In this document: in pieces, positions 1 through 9,542 of the stretch
Position numbering within the stretch: position 1 is the stretch's first letter
How the letters are laid out: the number at the start of each line of letters is the position of its first letter
Assembly: GCA_964572225.1 (NCBI GenBank)
Contig: CAZNFR010000001.1
Location: 10,710 to 74,709, forward strand
Direction of reading: 5' to 3'
Length of the DNA stretch: 64,000 nt
Origin: an uncultured Bacteroidaceae bacterium
GTDB lineage: Bacteria > Bacteroidota > Bacteroidia > Bacteroidales > GCA-2748055
Translations under genes and position numbers: made by a program
The notes under the pieces: model-generated
What the model was told of the DNA's origin: nothing
Database searches by the model: none
What the model saw: the letters and a program-made list of their open reading frames with translations, nothing else

Positions 1-2321
1 TCCTCATTCAAAATTAGTACTTTTTGCTGATCTGCTTTAAAATTATAAACATTTTGCACGTCGATATAGAAGTTCATAGTGAGCTTTCTTAGGAAAAACT
101 CCTTGTCGATCCGGACATCAAGCTGGTGGAAGGGGCCCAGTCTTTCCTGGTTAAAGCGTTCAAAATCAAGGATTCCCACCCGGCGTACGTTCCATGCCAA
201 AACCCTGGAGGATTCAATTTTATCGAAAGGAGTGAAGGGTTGTCCGCCAACAAACCTCCATTTCAGTCCTATCCTCCAGTTGTTGTTAAATTCCCGGATG
301 GCGAGGATATTCAAAAGATGCCGGTTATCCCAGTTGGTAGTGACCCACTGATCGTCCTGGGTGAGCGTGGAGCGGAAGGCCTCGGCTTCGCTTCGCACCA
401 GGGTATAGGAAATGGTAAGGTTGGAACCGAAGAAATCACGGTTACGATAGAGCACCTCCGCTCCATAGACGCGGCCTTCGGCAATGGATCTGACCTCTTC
501 ATCCCCAAAGGTACCAAAATCGGCCCCTTTGCTGGAGATGGATATGCTGTCGTTAACGCTGTAAGGATAATTTCTGTAGAATTTGTAAAAACCTTCGAGG
601 GTAAGTCTGGAGGTTTCATCGGGCAGCCATTCGAATCCGGCAACAAGATGATCAACGGATATGTACCTCAGACCGTTTTCCCGGTTTACCAGGTTTCCTT
701 CAGTGTCACGATACCCCAGAGAGGTGTAGGGTGGGGTCTGATAGTATCTTCCGGTATTGAAGTTTAGGAAGAGATCCTGGCCCAGGAGATAGGAAAAGGA
801 GAAACGGGGAGAGAGCTGTTCGAACATATTCGACATTTCGTCGCTGTAGTCGTTTGCATCCATTCTTAAACCGAGTGACAGGGTGAGACGGTCTTTCAGG
901 AAATTGCGGGTCAGCTGACCGAAAACACCCCATTTAAAAACATCCAGGTCCGACCGGTAATTATCGGCTACGGGTTCCCCGTTAATAAAATTTTTGCGAA
1001 AGGTGGAGTTGAAATAGCTGGCATACTCCAGGTTTGTTCCGTAATTGAGTCTTAGTCCGTTCGAGAAACGGAAATCCTGTTCAAACCTGAATTTGTTCTC
1101 AATCTCATCGGAATCGTAATCAAGCGTCTGAAGACTGTCCACTTCAATGTTGTTCTCATACTTATAGGCTCCGTTGTTAAGGTGATTACGACTGACCACC
1201 CAGGTGTCGAAACCGTTATCCCTGAAGTGTTTGTAAACAATACCGACGGTGTAGGTCCATTGTTCATTAACAGGTAAGAAGCCAAGGATATACCTTTGCT
1301 CCTCGGTCTCGTTGGCGTCCTCGTTGAGGGCGAACTGGTCGAGGGCCCCGATCCCGATAATGCTGATCTCGTTTTTTTCATCCAGGCGGGTTTTGACCTT
1401 AAACTGAAAATCGTTGTAGGTAGGTAGGAAGGGAAGACCGATCACCCCGAACAGGAATTGCAGGTAGGATCTGCGTACCGAAGTGATGAAGGTGGTTTTT
1501 TCGCCGATGGGACCATCAAGGGTGAGAGCGAGGTCGGAAGCACCCACGGAACCTTTGAAACGGATCCTTTCCTTGTTCCCATCAATCTGGTTAAATTCAA
1601 TTACCGAACTCAAAGCGTTACCCCGGTTGGCCGGAAAGGCACCGGAATAAAAGTCCACTTCTCTTATAAAATCCACATTTATTATGCCTACAGGTCCGCC
1701 CGAAGCACCCTGAGTCGCAAAATGGTTGAGATTGGGGATCTCCACATCGTCGAGGTAGAACCGGTTCTCGCTGGCACCACCTCCCCGAACGATCACGTCG
1801 TTGCGGAAGGCCGGAGTGGAGGCTACACCGGGATAAGACTGTATTACTTTGGAAATATCCCGGTTTCCACCCGGATTCTTTTCAATTTCCACCAGGGAAA
1901 TTCTCCTGAGGGATATCGGACTTTCGGCCGACCTGCGAAAAGGAGAAGCCGTAACGGTTACTTCTTCCAGTTTAACATTCGCCTCCTCCAGGGGAATCTC
2001 GATAAAGACTTTTCTGGCGTTGGTAACCAGGATGGGCTCGGAGACATAGGACTCAAATCCTACCGAGGTCACCCTCAGTTCAACATAGCCGGGCTTGATA
2101 CCGGTAAAGCTGAAGTTGCCGTCAAGGTCACTGATGGAACCGATACTGGTGCCAAAGATCGCTATGGTGGCAAAGGCAATGGGTTCGTTATTTTTGGCGT
2201 TAAACACTCTTCCTTCGATGATCCCGTTATTCTGGGCAAGGAGGGGGTTTATGCTCAGGATCAGAAGGGCAAGGAATACCTTGATTTTCAGAGATGGGGA
2301 TGATGATTCTTTTACAGACAT
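1..2321 (-). CDS. TonB-dependent outer-membrane receptor with carboxypeptidase-regulatory-like N-terminal domain (3' end runs off the window)
   Basis: Absent from the ORF track because no stop lies inside the window. Hand translation of the minus strand from ATG 2321 gives MSVKESSSPSLKIKVFLALLILSINPLLAQNNGIIEGRVFNAKNNEPIAFATIA (signal peptide plus CarboxypepD_reg-like start). Mid-gene (1380-1439) reads GLPFLPTYNDFQFKVKTRLD. The window edge reads LRKLTMNFYIDVQNVYNFKADQQKVLILNE, typical of a TBDR C-terminal barrel. Plus-strand ORFs 126..767 and 1458..2303 are its codon-aligned antisense shadows. Confidence 0.8.
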   Translation of the reverse strand, partial: MSVKESSSPSLKIKVFLALLILSINPLLAQNNGIIEGRVFNAKNNEPIAFATIAIFGTSIGSISDLDGNFSFTGIKPGYVELRVTSVGFESYVSEPILVTNARKVFIEIPLEEANVKLEEVTVTASPFRRSAESPISLRRISLVEIEKNPGGNRDISKVIQSYPGVASTPAFRNDVIVRGGGASENRFYLDDVEIPNLNHFATQGASGGPVGIINVDFIREVDFYSGAFPANRGNALSSVIEFNQIDGNKERIRFKGSVGASDLALTLDGPIGEKTTFITSVRRSYLQFLFGVIGLPFLPTYNDFQFKVKTRLDEKNEISIIGIGALDQFALNEDANETEEQRYILGFLPVNEQWTYTVGIVYKHFRDNGFDTWVVSRNHLNNGAYKYENNIEVDSLQTLDYDSDEIENKFRFEQDFRFSNGLRLNYGTNLEYASYFNSTFRKNFINGEPVADNYRSDLDVFKWGVFGQLTRNFLKDRLTLSLGLRMDANDYSDEMSNMFEQLSPRFSFSYLLGQDLFLNFNTGRYYQTPPYTSLGYRDTEGNLVNRENGLRYISVDHLVAGFEWLPDETSRLTLEGFYKFYRNYPYSVNDSISISSKGADFGTFGDEEVRSIAEGRVYGAEVLYRNRDFFGSNLTISYTLVRSEAEAFRSTLTQDDQWVTTNWDNRHLLNILAIREFNNNWRIGLKWRFVGGQPFTPFDKIESSRVLAWNVRRVGILDFERFNQERLGPFHQLDVRIDKEFFLRKLTMNFYIDVQNVYNFKADQQKVLILNE

Positions 2322-2418
2322 TCAATTTATAAAAAGGGATTATCAACAACCAACAATGGTCTAATTGTTTTGTTCAATTTTTGTTAAGGAAATCAAGCAA
2401 AAAGTTAAACAAAATTGC

Positions 2419-3468
2419 TTATTCCTCTCTCAGATCCCGTTCGATCTTTCGTTTGCTTCTCCACCGTTCGATGGCCGCTTTTTGCATATCGGTTTGCTGA
2501 TCGCTTTCATCCACGATTTCGAGACCGAGAAGAGTTTCAATGATGTCCTCCATGGTTACCAGTCCGCTGGTGCCTCCATACTCATCTATCACCAGGGCCA
2601 CATGTTCTTTTTTTATCAGGAGCTGTTCGAGCACCCTCGGCACGGGAAAGTTTTCGTAAACCACGATGAAGGGGCGGTTGAGTTCACCCAGTTTCATGGA
2701 GTGGCTGTCTTCTGCAAGCTTGCTGAGAATGGCATCTTTGAGGACGTATCCCCGCATGTTATCAACGTTTCCCGAGTAGATGGGGATTCGGGAGTAGGCC
2801 AGGAATTCCTTTTTCTTGTAGAAATCATTGAGAGTCATGTTTTCGTCGGCCGAAACCATAACCGTTCGTGGGGTCATTATTTCCCGGATCTTGATGGATT
2901 TCAGCTTGATCATATTATTGATCACTTTGCTTTCGGATTCTTCGAAGACACCCTCTTCTTCGCCCAGGCTGGCCATGGTAGCCATTTCCTCCCGGCTAAC
3001 GCTCAGGGGTTTTTTATTATGGGAGATGAAACGCGTAATGAATTCAGACAGGATTACCAGGGGGTAGGTAAGGATGATCAGAAAGTGAATGATACGGGCA
3101 GAAGCCATGGCGAGATCGCGCCAGTAAAGGGCACCGATGGTTTTGGGGATGATCTCAGTGACCACCAGAATGAGCAGGGTAAGGATAGCAGAGACCACTC
3201 CGAAATAAGTTTCGCCGAAAACTTTTACTGCCTGTGCACCCACTCCGGCAGCACCTACGGTATGGGCCACCGTATTTAGGGAAAGGATGGCTGAAAGAGG
3301 ACGGTCCACTTCAATCTTGAACTTTTTTAAAAGGGTTGCGGTCTTTTTTCCTTCTACTTCCTTGTGTTGGATAAAAGGCATGGAAGTTGACAGCAGGACG
3401 GATTCCAGGATAGAGCAGAGAAAAGAGAATCCCAGGGCCAGGAAGAGATAGACAATTAAAAGGGTCAT
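2419..3468 (-). CDS. CNNM/DUF21 transmembrane domain plus CBS-pair protein (HlyC/CorC-family putative divalent-cation transporter)
   Basis: 349-aa ORF. Hydrophobic N-terminal half (LESVLLS, EIIPKTIG) is followed by a CBS pair (IREIMTPRTVMV, VALVIDEYGGTSGLVTMEDIIE). No CorC_HlyC C-terminal domain is visible. Confidence 0.85.
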   Translation of the reverse strand: MTLLIVYLFLALGFSFLCSILESVLLSTSMPFIQHKEVEGKKTATLLKKFKIEVDRPLSAILSLNTVAHTVGAAGVGAQAVKVFGETYFGVVSAILTLLILVVTEIIPKTIGALYWRDLAMASARIIHFLIILTYPLVILSEFITRFISHNKKPLSVSREEMATMASLGEEEGVFEESESKVINNMIKLKSIKIREIMTPRTVMVSADENMTLNDFYKKKEFLAYSRIPIYSGNVDNMRGYVLKDAILSKLAEDSHSMKLGELNRPFIVVYENFPVPRVLEQLLIKKEHVALVIDEYGGTSGLVTMEDIIETLLGLEIVDESDQQTDMQKAAIERWRSKRKIERDLREE

Positions 3469-3561
3469 AGAAATGGGGATATTGAATATGGTATTTTCGT
3501 TTTCAGAACAGGGATATTTTAATGATCCTTTGTGATATATAACTGTAAACTAAGTCTTTTG

Positions 3562-4575
3562 TTAAAGGGCTTCCAGTTTATTTTTAAATTTTTCTGCCAG
3601 TAAATCCAGTCCGTCGATATCCAACTGATTTTTAAGACGAGATATTTTCTCCAGTTGTTTTTCCAGAAAACTCCGGTATTCCATGCTTCCTCCCGAAAGG
3701 TCGCGGTGATCGAGGGCATTTCTCAATTCATTTATTTTTTGAATATGGGCTGCCGTTTCCGGAGAAAAATACCGGTCCGAAAATTTTTCCCGGATGTATT
3801 GAACGGCCATTTCCCCCGGATGCAGCAGATCGTTGTCATAATAGCGATAATCCCGCAAATCGTCGAGTAGAAGTTCGTAGGCCGGGAAATATTCGCTATG
3901 GTCAGTATTTACGGCCAGGATGTTATGTATGGCGAGATGCAATACCGACTTGCTGAGCTGATTGCCATGGGGACCGTCTTTCCAGTGTCTTATGGGACTC
4001 ACGGTGAAAATGAAGGACAGGGCGGGGTTGAATGCCCGGAGCTTTCCGAGCAACTCATTCCATGCATTTGTAATGGATTCTACCGTAAGTAATTCATGAC
4101 TGAATTCTTTTTGGGGTACCTTATGGCAGTTCGAAACGGGAATTCCGGATTCAATGAGGCGATAAATTCTTGCGGTCCCAAAGGTGATGACCAGGTAACG
4201 TGATTTTTTCAATAGTTCATGACTTTTCCGAATCCGGGCGTTGATCCCTTCCAGAACCTTATCCTGTTTCTCACCCGAAAAGGAAGAATGGTGGTACCAG
4301 GAATGGTAACGATGGTTAAACCGGAAAAGGTCTTTTTCACCGAAGGGTCTGTTTTCAAGAATGATCTCCAGCCCGGACCGCACGGAAACCGGATTATAAA
4401 CAATTCCGAAAGGATTGATATCGACCGGAAATAACATGTCTTCCAGCCAGTTGCCAATATTGTCCGTAAAACAGGATCCCATCAGGACCATGGGAGTCTG
4501 GTGATTGATTCTGAAGGAGGAGGGGCTTAGCGTTATCTCTGTCCTGAATATCATAGGTATGGGAAATTTGGACAA
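3562..4575 (-). CDS. GSCFA-family protein
   Basis: 337-aa ORF with the eponymous motif VLMGSCFTDNIG near the N-terminus. Confidence 0.75.
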   Translation of the reverse strand: MSKFPIPMIFRTEITLSPSSFRINHQTPMVLMGSCFTDNIGNWLEDMLFPVDINPFGIVYNPVSVRSGLEIILENRPFGEKDLFRFNHRYHSWYHHSSFSGEKQDKVLEGINARIRKSHELLKKSRYLVITFGTARIYRLIESGIPVSNCHKVPQKEFSHELLTVESITNAWNELLGKLRAFNPALSFIFTVSPIRHWKDGPHGNQLSKSVLHLAIHNILAVNTDHSEYFPAYELLLDDLRDYRYYDNDLLHPGEMAVQYIREKFSDRYFSPETAAHIQKINELRNALDHRDLSGGSMEYRSFLEKQLEKISRLKNQLDIDGLDLLAEKFKNKLEAL

Positions 4576-4611
4576 ATATACAAACGGAAATAAGAGGATA
4601 AAAAAAAGAGA

Positions 4612-5484
4612 TCAAAGCTTGTATTCCCAGAGCCAGTTTCTCAGATACTGAAAAACCTCCTCCCGGTTGATTTCATTGTGCAATTCGTGGTAGCAATCAT
4701 CCCACAGTTTCAGATTGGTTCTTTTGGTGGTATTTCTTACATAATTCAGACTGGCTTTCAAGGAGGTGACCTGGTCGGCGGTTCCGTGCATCAGCAGGAA
4801 GGGATAATTGATCTTGTAGACATTTCTCAGTGCGTAATATCCGCTATGGTACATAAGGTGGAAGAGACGAAGACTGATCTTTTTATGGTAAAGGGGATCC
4901 TCCCTCATTTCCTTGAGTTTCTCCTCATCACGGGTCATGCTCCCGCCACTGAGTCCGTTACTTATGGTCAGCCGCGGAAAAATCTTATGAAGGAATTTCA
5001 CCAACCATAACAGGAAGTCATTGGGTTCATGTTCCAGTTTTAGCCAGGGCGAGGTAACGATAAGGGCATCAATGGGCCTGTTCCGGTCAATCACATGATT
5101 TAGAGCAAGGTTACCGCCCATACTGTGACCATAAAGAATGATTCCGGTTTCCGGAAACATTTTTTGGATCTTCGCATAAACCAGATCAATATCGTCGAGC
5201 AGGACCTTAAGGGATTTTGCATATCCTCTTTTGCCCGATGATTTTCCATGTCCTCTCAGATCGAAGGATACGAAATTGAACCCTTCTTTGTTGAACAGGT
5301 CTGCCCATTCTTTGTATCTGCCGCTATGCTCACCCAGTCCGTGAATCATCAGGATGGTTTTGCGGCTGCCATTTTCGGTTCGCCAACAACGAATGAAAAG
5401 GCATTTTTTATCCGGTGATTTCCATTTATAGGTTTTATAGGTCATGAATGATTCTTTTCTTGCCTCCAAAAGGCAAAAATGCAT
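4612..5484 (-). CDS. alpha/beta hydrolase (lysophospholipase / monoacylglycerol-lipase-like)
   Basis: HGLGEHSGRY motif, GHSMGG nucleophile elbow and C-terminal DDCYHELHNE. A start at M14 (5445) is equally plausible. Confidence 0.8.
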   Translation of the reverse strand: MHFCLLEARKESFMTYKTYKWKSPDKKCLFIRCWRTENGSRKTILMIHGLGEHSGRYKEWADLFNKEGFNFVSFDLRGHGKSSGKRGYAKSLKVLLDDIDLVYAKIQKMFPETGIILYGHSMGGNLALNHVIDRNRPIDALIVTSPWLKLEHEPNDFLLWLVKFLHKIFPRLTISNGLSGGSMTRDEEKLKEMREDPLYHKKISLRLFHLMYHSGYYALRNVYKINYPFLLMHGTADQVTSLKASLNYVRNTTKRTNLKLWDDCYHELHNEINREEVFQYLRNWLWEYKL

Positions 5485-5687
5485 GAAACTGGTCAGGTAT
5501 TTCGAGTCACTCCACTAAAAACAAGCTGAAGTTAGAAAAAAAAACGCAAAAACAATTTTCAGATAAAAGTTTGCCTTAAAAAAAGGGGGGGGGTAGTTCA
5601 ATATCGAATGATCTGTCTTTTTGGCTGGAACAATCACCGGAAGATCGGATATCTGATGTGGAATTCATTATATATTTCCATATCGTA

Positions 5688-5716
5688 TTGACATATACAT
5701 ATATTTTGTATATATT
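5688..5716 (+). promoter_or_regulatory. candidate sigma70-like promoter (TTGACA-17 nt-TATATT) with embedded inverted repeat ATATACA-N7-TGTATAT directly upstream of vapB
   Basis: TTGACA at 5688-5693 and TATATT at 5711-5716 with exactly 17 nt between them. The inverted-repeat arms lie at 5693-5699 and 5707-5713. The vapB ATG at 5723 sits 7 nt after the -10, implying a near-leaderless transcript. The background is AT-rich, so a chance match is possible. Confidence 0.35.
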
Positions 5717-5722
5717 GCAAGC

Positions 5723-5920
5723 ATGAAAACAACACTGAACATAGACGATCAAATTCTCAGAAAAGCCTCAAAGCTTACTGGAATATCTGAAAAAACCACC
5801 CTGGTAAGGAAGGGACTGGAAGCTTTGATTGAGCAGGAGAGTGCCAAACGGCTTGCAGCCCTGGGGGGAAGTGAAAAGCAATTGAAAAGCATTCCCAGGA
5901 GAAAATCAACCAGGGTATGA
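5723..5920 (+). CDS. vapB: type II antitoxin, VapB family
   Basis: 65-aa ORF starting MKTTLNIDDQILRKASKLTG, typical of VapB (DUF2191-type) antitoxins. Its stop overlaps the PIN gene start by 4 nt. Confidence 0.75.
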   Translation: MKTTLNIDDQILRKASKLTGISEKTTLVRKGLEALIEQESAKRLAALGGSEKQLKSIPRRKSTRV

Positions 5921-6273
5921 TTTTGGTAGATACATCTGTTTGGATTGATCATTTTCATCGTCGCGATGAGGAATTAAAAGAGTTACTTTTTTCGAACCAT
6001 GTTTGTATCCATCCGTTTATTATTGGTGAATTGAGCTGTGGCAGTATTGGCAATCGAAAAGAAGTTCTTTCCCTTCTCAGGTCGCTTAAGATTATTGATT
6101 TAGTACTGGAAGAAGAAGTTTTCATTCTTATTGAAGAAAGGAAGCTGTTTGGCAAGGGATTGGGATTTATAGATATTCATTTGCTTGCTTCAGCATTGAT
6201 CAATCATGTCCAAATTTGGACTAGAGATAAATCCTTAAAACAGATAGTTAGAGAATTAGGAGTCAGCTATTGA
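5917..6273 (+). CDS. vapC: type II toxin, PIN-domain ribonuclease VapC
   Basis: 118-aa ORF with the PIN start MILVDTSVWIDHF, an internal IIGEL and C-terminal DIHLLASA / WTRD acidic positions. ATGA overlap with vapB. Confidence 0.85.
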   Translation: MILVDTSVWIDHFHRRDEELKELLFSNHVCIHPFIIGELSCGSIGNRKEVLSLLRSLKIIDLVLEEEVFILIEERKLFGKGLGFIDIHLLASALINHVQIWTRDKSLKQIVRELGVSY

Positions 6274-6296
6274 TTATTATTATACCAGCATTGATT

Positions 6297-6707
6297 ATGA
6301 TGCAACAAACCGTACAATTATCCACGCCGGCCCACAACGGACTCTACGACATTACCCGCCAGGTGGAGGCCGTTGTAGCAGAAAGCGGCATTCAGACCGG
6401 TCTGGTAAATGTTTATGTGCAGGGAGCAACTGCCGGGATCATGATCCAGGAAAACTGGGATGAGTCGGTTCAGAACGATGTTATTTCCCTGCTCAGGAAA
6501 CTGATCCCTTCGGGGGTCTGGGAGCATGATAATCAGGATAATAACGGGGATTCTCATCTGAAGGCGGGGATTGTTGGACCTCAGGAGACCATCCCCATCA
6601 TAAACGGAAAGATGGGTCTTTCCACCTGGCAGAATATTTTCCTTTGTGAATTCGACGGACCCCGGTCGCAGCGGAATATTCTGGTGACCCTGGTGAATTG
6701 CGGTTAA
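6297..6707 (+). CDS. yjbQ: YjbQ/UPF0047 family protein (secondary thiamine-phosphate synthase-like)
   Basis: GLYDITRQV, TGLVNVYVQGATAGIMIQENWD, GDSHLKA and LCEFDGPR match the YjbQ family. The ORF opens at TTG 6270, overlapping the vapC stop. The ATG ATG pair at 6297/6300 is the more likely start. Confidence 0.85.
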   Translation: MMQQTVQLSTPAHNGLYDITRQVEAVVAESGIQTGLVNVYVQGATAGIMIQENWDESVQNDVISLLRKLIPSGVWEHDNQDNNGDSHLKAGIVGPQETIPIINGKMGLSTWQNIFLCEFDGPRSQRNILVTLVNCG

Positions 6708-6810
6708 CTCCGTCAAAATGGCCAGTGAAAGCCTTTTGAAGGCGTTCAGTAAGTCTATCATCCACTTCATGAAGTATGGACCCGGTTCATGCTAATGGAA
6801 AGCGGACGGA

Positions 6811-8172
6811 TCAGAGGGAATTTGCGAGAGTGACTCCCTGTTTGATCCGGTCGGCCATTCCGATTCCATCCCTGGCATTTCCGGCAATTATCAGTCCGGA
6901 ATGGTTCTGTTCGGCCTGCTTTATGGCATAGAGCCTTTCACCGGTGGAAATGCCATATTGGGGAATGGCATAGGGGTAGCGGAACAACCGGACCAGGTCG
7001 GGGTTGAATTCATTCAGTCCCATCATGGTTTTGACCTCACGGGAGGCAATATTAATCAGGGTCTCATCTTCCATGTCCATCAGGTGATCTTTCGACATTC
7101 CTCCGATAAAGGTGGTAAGCAGGGCTCCCCCCTCCGGTGCTCTTTTTTTCAGGAAGGCTGAAGGGAACAGGATCCCTAGTATGTCCCTTTCCTCCTTCGA
7201 AGGTACGAGTCCGCCAAACGCATCCAGGGCAGGTCCCTTCCAATTCGTAAACCCATAGGCAATTTCTGCTACTCTGGCGTAGATCAGGTTATTGATTTTA
7301 GTGAGAAGATCTTCACCGACAAAGGGGAGCAGCTCAGGCAGGGAATAGGAACCGCTTGACGTTATCAGGATTTCCGACTCTATGCTTTTTGTTTCTTTGC
7401 CAATTCCATATATTGTTCTGAAGCCTTTTCCGGTTTTTTCAACCCGGATATCTTTCTGGCCCATAATCAGGTTCTCCTCTCCAATTGATTTGGCGAGGGC
7501 TTTCACCAGATTCCCCAGTCCGCCCTCGACCGAGAATACTTCCCGGGTGGCCTTCTTAAGCCTAGGATCTTTTTCCTTTCTTTTCTTTTTGATGGATCCT
7601 CCGATAAAACTCCCATACTCCTGCTCCAGGCGGTAGAGTTTCGGTAGGGCATATCTGGGGATGAGGTAGTCGGTGTCGCCGGCGTAAACCCCTTTAATGA
7701 AGGGATCGACTGCATAATCCAGAAAGGATTGTCCCATGCGGCGCTTCACCAGTTCGGAAAGATTCTCGTCGGGATTGGTCCCGGGTTTGCGAAAGGGTTC
7801 TCCAAGAATGCGGATCTTATCCCTGAGACTAAAGAGGGGAGTTTTGATGGCACCTGCGAGTCCGGAGGGAATGGCTTCCCAACGCCCGTTCTTCCATATC
7901 AGTCTTTTTTTGGCTTCTTTATTGGCGATTTCCAGTCGGCAGGCATCACCCAGGTCTTCAAAGAGCTCGGCAACTTCGGGGTGTGAGATCACCCCGGTAT
8001 TCGGACCGGTCTCGTAGGTGAATCCTTTTTCGGTGAAGGTTTGGATCACTCCTCCGGGATGCTCATTTTTATCGAGCAGGATCAGGTCTTTTCCTTTTTT
8101 GCGAAGATAAAAAGCGGTTACCAGTCCGGTTAAGCCTGTCCCGATTATGACTACCTGCATATTCATGGTCAC
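6811..8172 (-). CDS. hemY: protoporphyrinogen oxidase (FAD-dependent, HemY type)
   Basis: N-terminal dinucleotide fold VVIIGTGLTGLVTAFYLRKKG, GGVIQT...GPN, and C-terminal IIAGNARDGIGMADRIKQG. 4-nt overlap with hemN. Confidence 0.85.
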   Translation of the reverse strand: MTMNMQVVIIGTGLTGLVTAFYLRKKGKDLILLDKNEHPGGVIQTFTEKGFTYETGPNTGVISHPEVAELFEDLGDACRLEIANKEAKKRLIWKNGRWEAIPSGLAGAIKTPLFSLRDKIRILGEPFRKPGTNPDENLSELVKRRMGQSFLDYAVDPFIKGVYAGDTDYLIPRYALPKLYRLEQEYGSFIGGSIKKKRKEKDPRLKKATREVFSVEGGLGNLVKALAKSIGEENLIMGQKDIRVEKTGKGFRTIYGIGKETKSIESEILITSSGSYSLPELLPFVGEDLLTKINNLIYARVAEIAYGFTNWKGPALDAFGGLVPSKEERDILGILFPSAFLKKRAPEGGALLTTFIGGMSKDHLMDMEDETLINIASREVKTMMGLNEFNPDLVRLFRYPYAIPQYGISTGERLYAIKQAEQNHSGLIIAGNARDGIGMADRIKQGVTLANSL

Positions 8173-9542
8173 ACGGTTTTTGAGAATTTCTTATCGGTAT
8201 TTTTCACGGCCGGATCGAAGGCAGCGGCAATGTTTCGAATGAAGAAGCGTCCGGTTTCCGACACCCGGATGCTTCCGTTGTCGATCGACAGGAGTCCCTG
8301 TTTGCGGAATTGCTCCATGGCTTTGGAGTCTGGTTCGAGGATTGCTTCAATTTCCTGAATATCGGCATTATGATTGACGGCCAGCTGATTTTTATCCAGA
8401 AAGGAATTGCACATAAGCTCATTGATGGCCGCTCTTCTGATCATCTCTGGCCTGCTAAGTCTGTAGCCTTTTTCCACGGGCAAGCGTCCTTCTCCGAGGG
8501 CCTCCATATAGGGTTTCAGGTCCTTATGGTTCTGTGCATAGCTGTCGTGGAGCTGACTAATGGCGGAGATCCCGCTTGCATATACCTGTCCGGTGGTTCT
8601 CCGGGTGCAGTATCCCTGGAAGTTCCGATGCAGGGTCTTGTTTTGCCGGGCCAGGGTGAGTTCGTCGTTTTCCAGGGCGAAATGATCCAGTCCGACAGGG
8701 AAATACCCTTCAGCCGAAAGGATATTAAAAGCTTCCTCAAACATGGCCGTTTTTTCATCGGGTGAAGGGAGTCCGAAGGTTTCCAGCTTTTTCTGAGCAG
8801 GTTTGAACCAGGGGACATGGGCGTAGCTAAAGGTTACGAGTCGGTCGGGTCTGATTTCGGCGGCTTTTTTAATGGTTGCCGAAAAGGATGAGACGTTCTG
8901 AAAGGGGAGTCCGTAAATGAAGTCCAGGTTGACGCTCATGCCTTTTTCCCTGAACAGGGTGGTGAGTTTTTTCACTTCCATGCTCGGTTTTTCGCGGTTT
9001 ACGGCGTTCAGGACCCGGAAATTGAAGTCCTGTATTCCCAGGCTGACCCGGGTAAAGCCGGCTTTGTGAAGGTCGCTGATGTAGGCAGGACTGAGTCCGG
9101 CAGGATTGCATTCGATGGCGATTTCGGGATCGGGGATGAAACTGAACTGTTCCCGTATCTCGTCCATGATTACACGTATCTGCCTGGACTTTAGTGAGTT
9201 GGGCGTTCCTCCTCCCCAATGGACCTGGGAAACTTTCCGGTGGGGTGCGATCCATTCCCGGAACATGGAGATTTCTTTCCGGAGGGCGGTAAGGTAGGAA
9301 AGGGTGAGGCTTTCATCCCGTTTGCGGATGGAGTTGCAGCCGCAATAGAAGCAGATTTTATTACAGAAAGGGATGTGGAGATAGAGGGAGACGTTGCTTT
9401 CCCCTTCTTCGTTTGAGCGCAGGATGGCCTCTTTAAGATCCTGCGGACCGAATTCTTCGTGGAAATAACTGGCCGGGGGGTAACTGGTGTATCGGGGCAC
9501 CGGTTGGTTATATTCAGACAATAACTTCCTGGGTATATTCAT
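8169..9542 (-). CDS. hemN: oxygen-independent coproporphyrinogen III oxidase (radical SAM)
   Basis: Collinear with E. coli HemN from memory: PRYTSYP, radical-SAM CNKICFYCGC, HWGGGTP, GIQDF, HRNFQGY, YAQN. The 457-aa length is the same as E. coli HemN. Confidence 0.92.
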   Translation of the reverse strand: MNIPRKLLSEYNQPVPRYTSYPPASYFHEEFGPQDLKEAILRSNEEGESNVSLYLHIPFCNKICFYCGCNSIRKRDESLTLSYLTALRKEISMFREWIAPHRKVSQVHWGGGTPNSLKSRQIRVIMDEIREQFSFIPDPEIAIECNPAGLSPAYISDLHKAGFTRVSLGIQDFNFRVLNAVNREKPSMEVKKLTTLFREKGMSVNLDFIYGLPFQNVSSFSATIKKAAEIRPDRLVTFSYAHVPWFKPAQKKLETFGLPSPDEKTAMFEEAFNILSAEGYFPVGLDHFALENDELTLARQNKTLHRNFQGYCTRRTTGQVYASGISAISQLHDSYAQNHKDLKPYMEALGEGRLPVEKGYRLSRPEMIRRAAINELMCNSFLDKNQLAVNHNADIQEIEAILEPDSKAMEQFRKQGLLSIDNGSIRVSETGRFFIRNIAAAFDPAVKNTDKKFSKTV

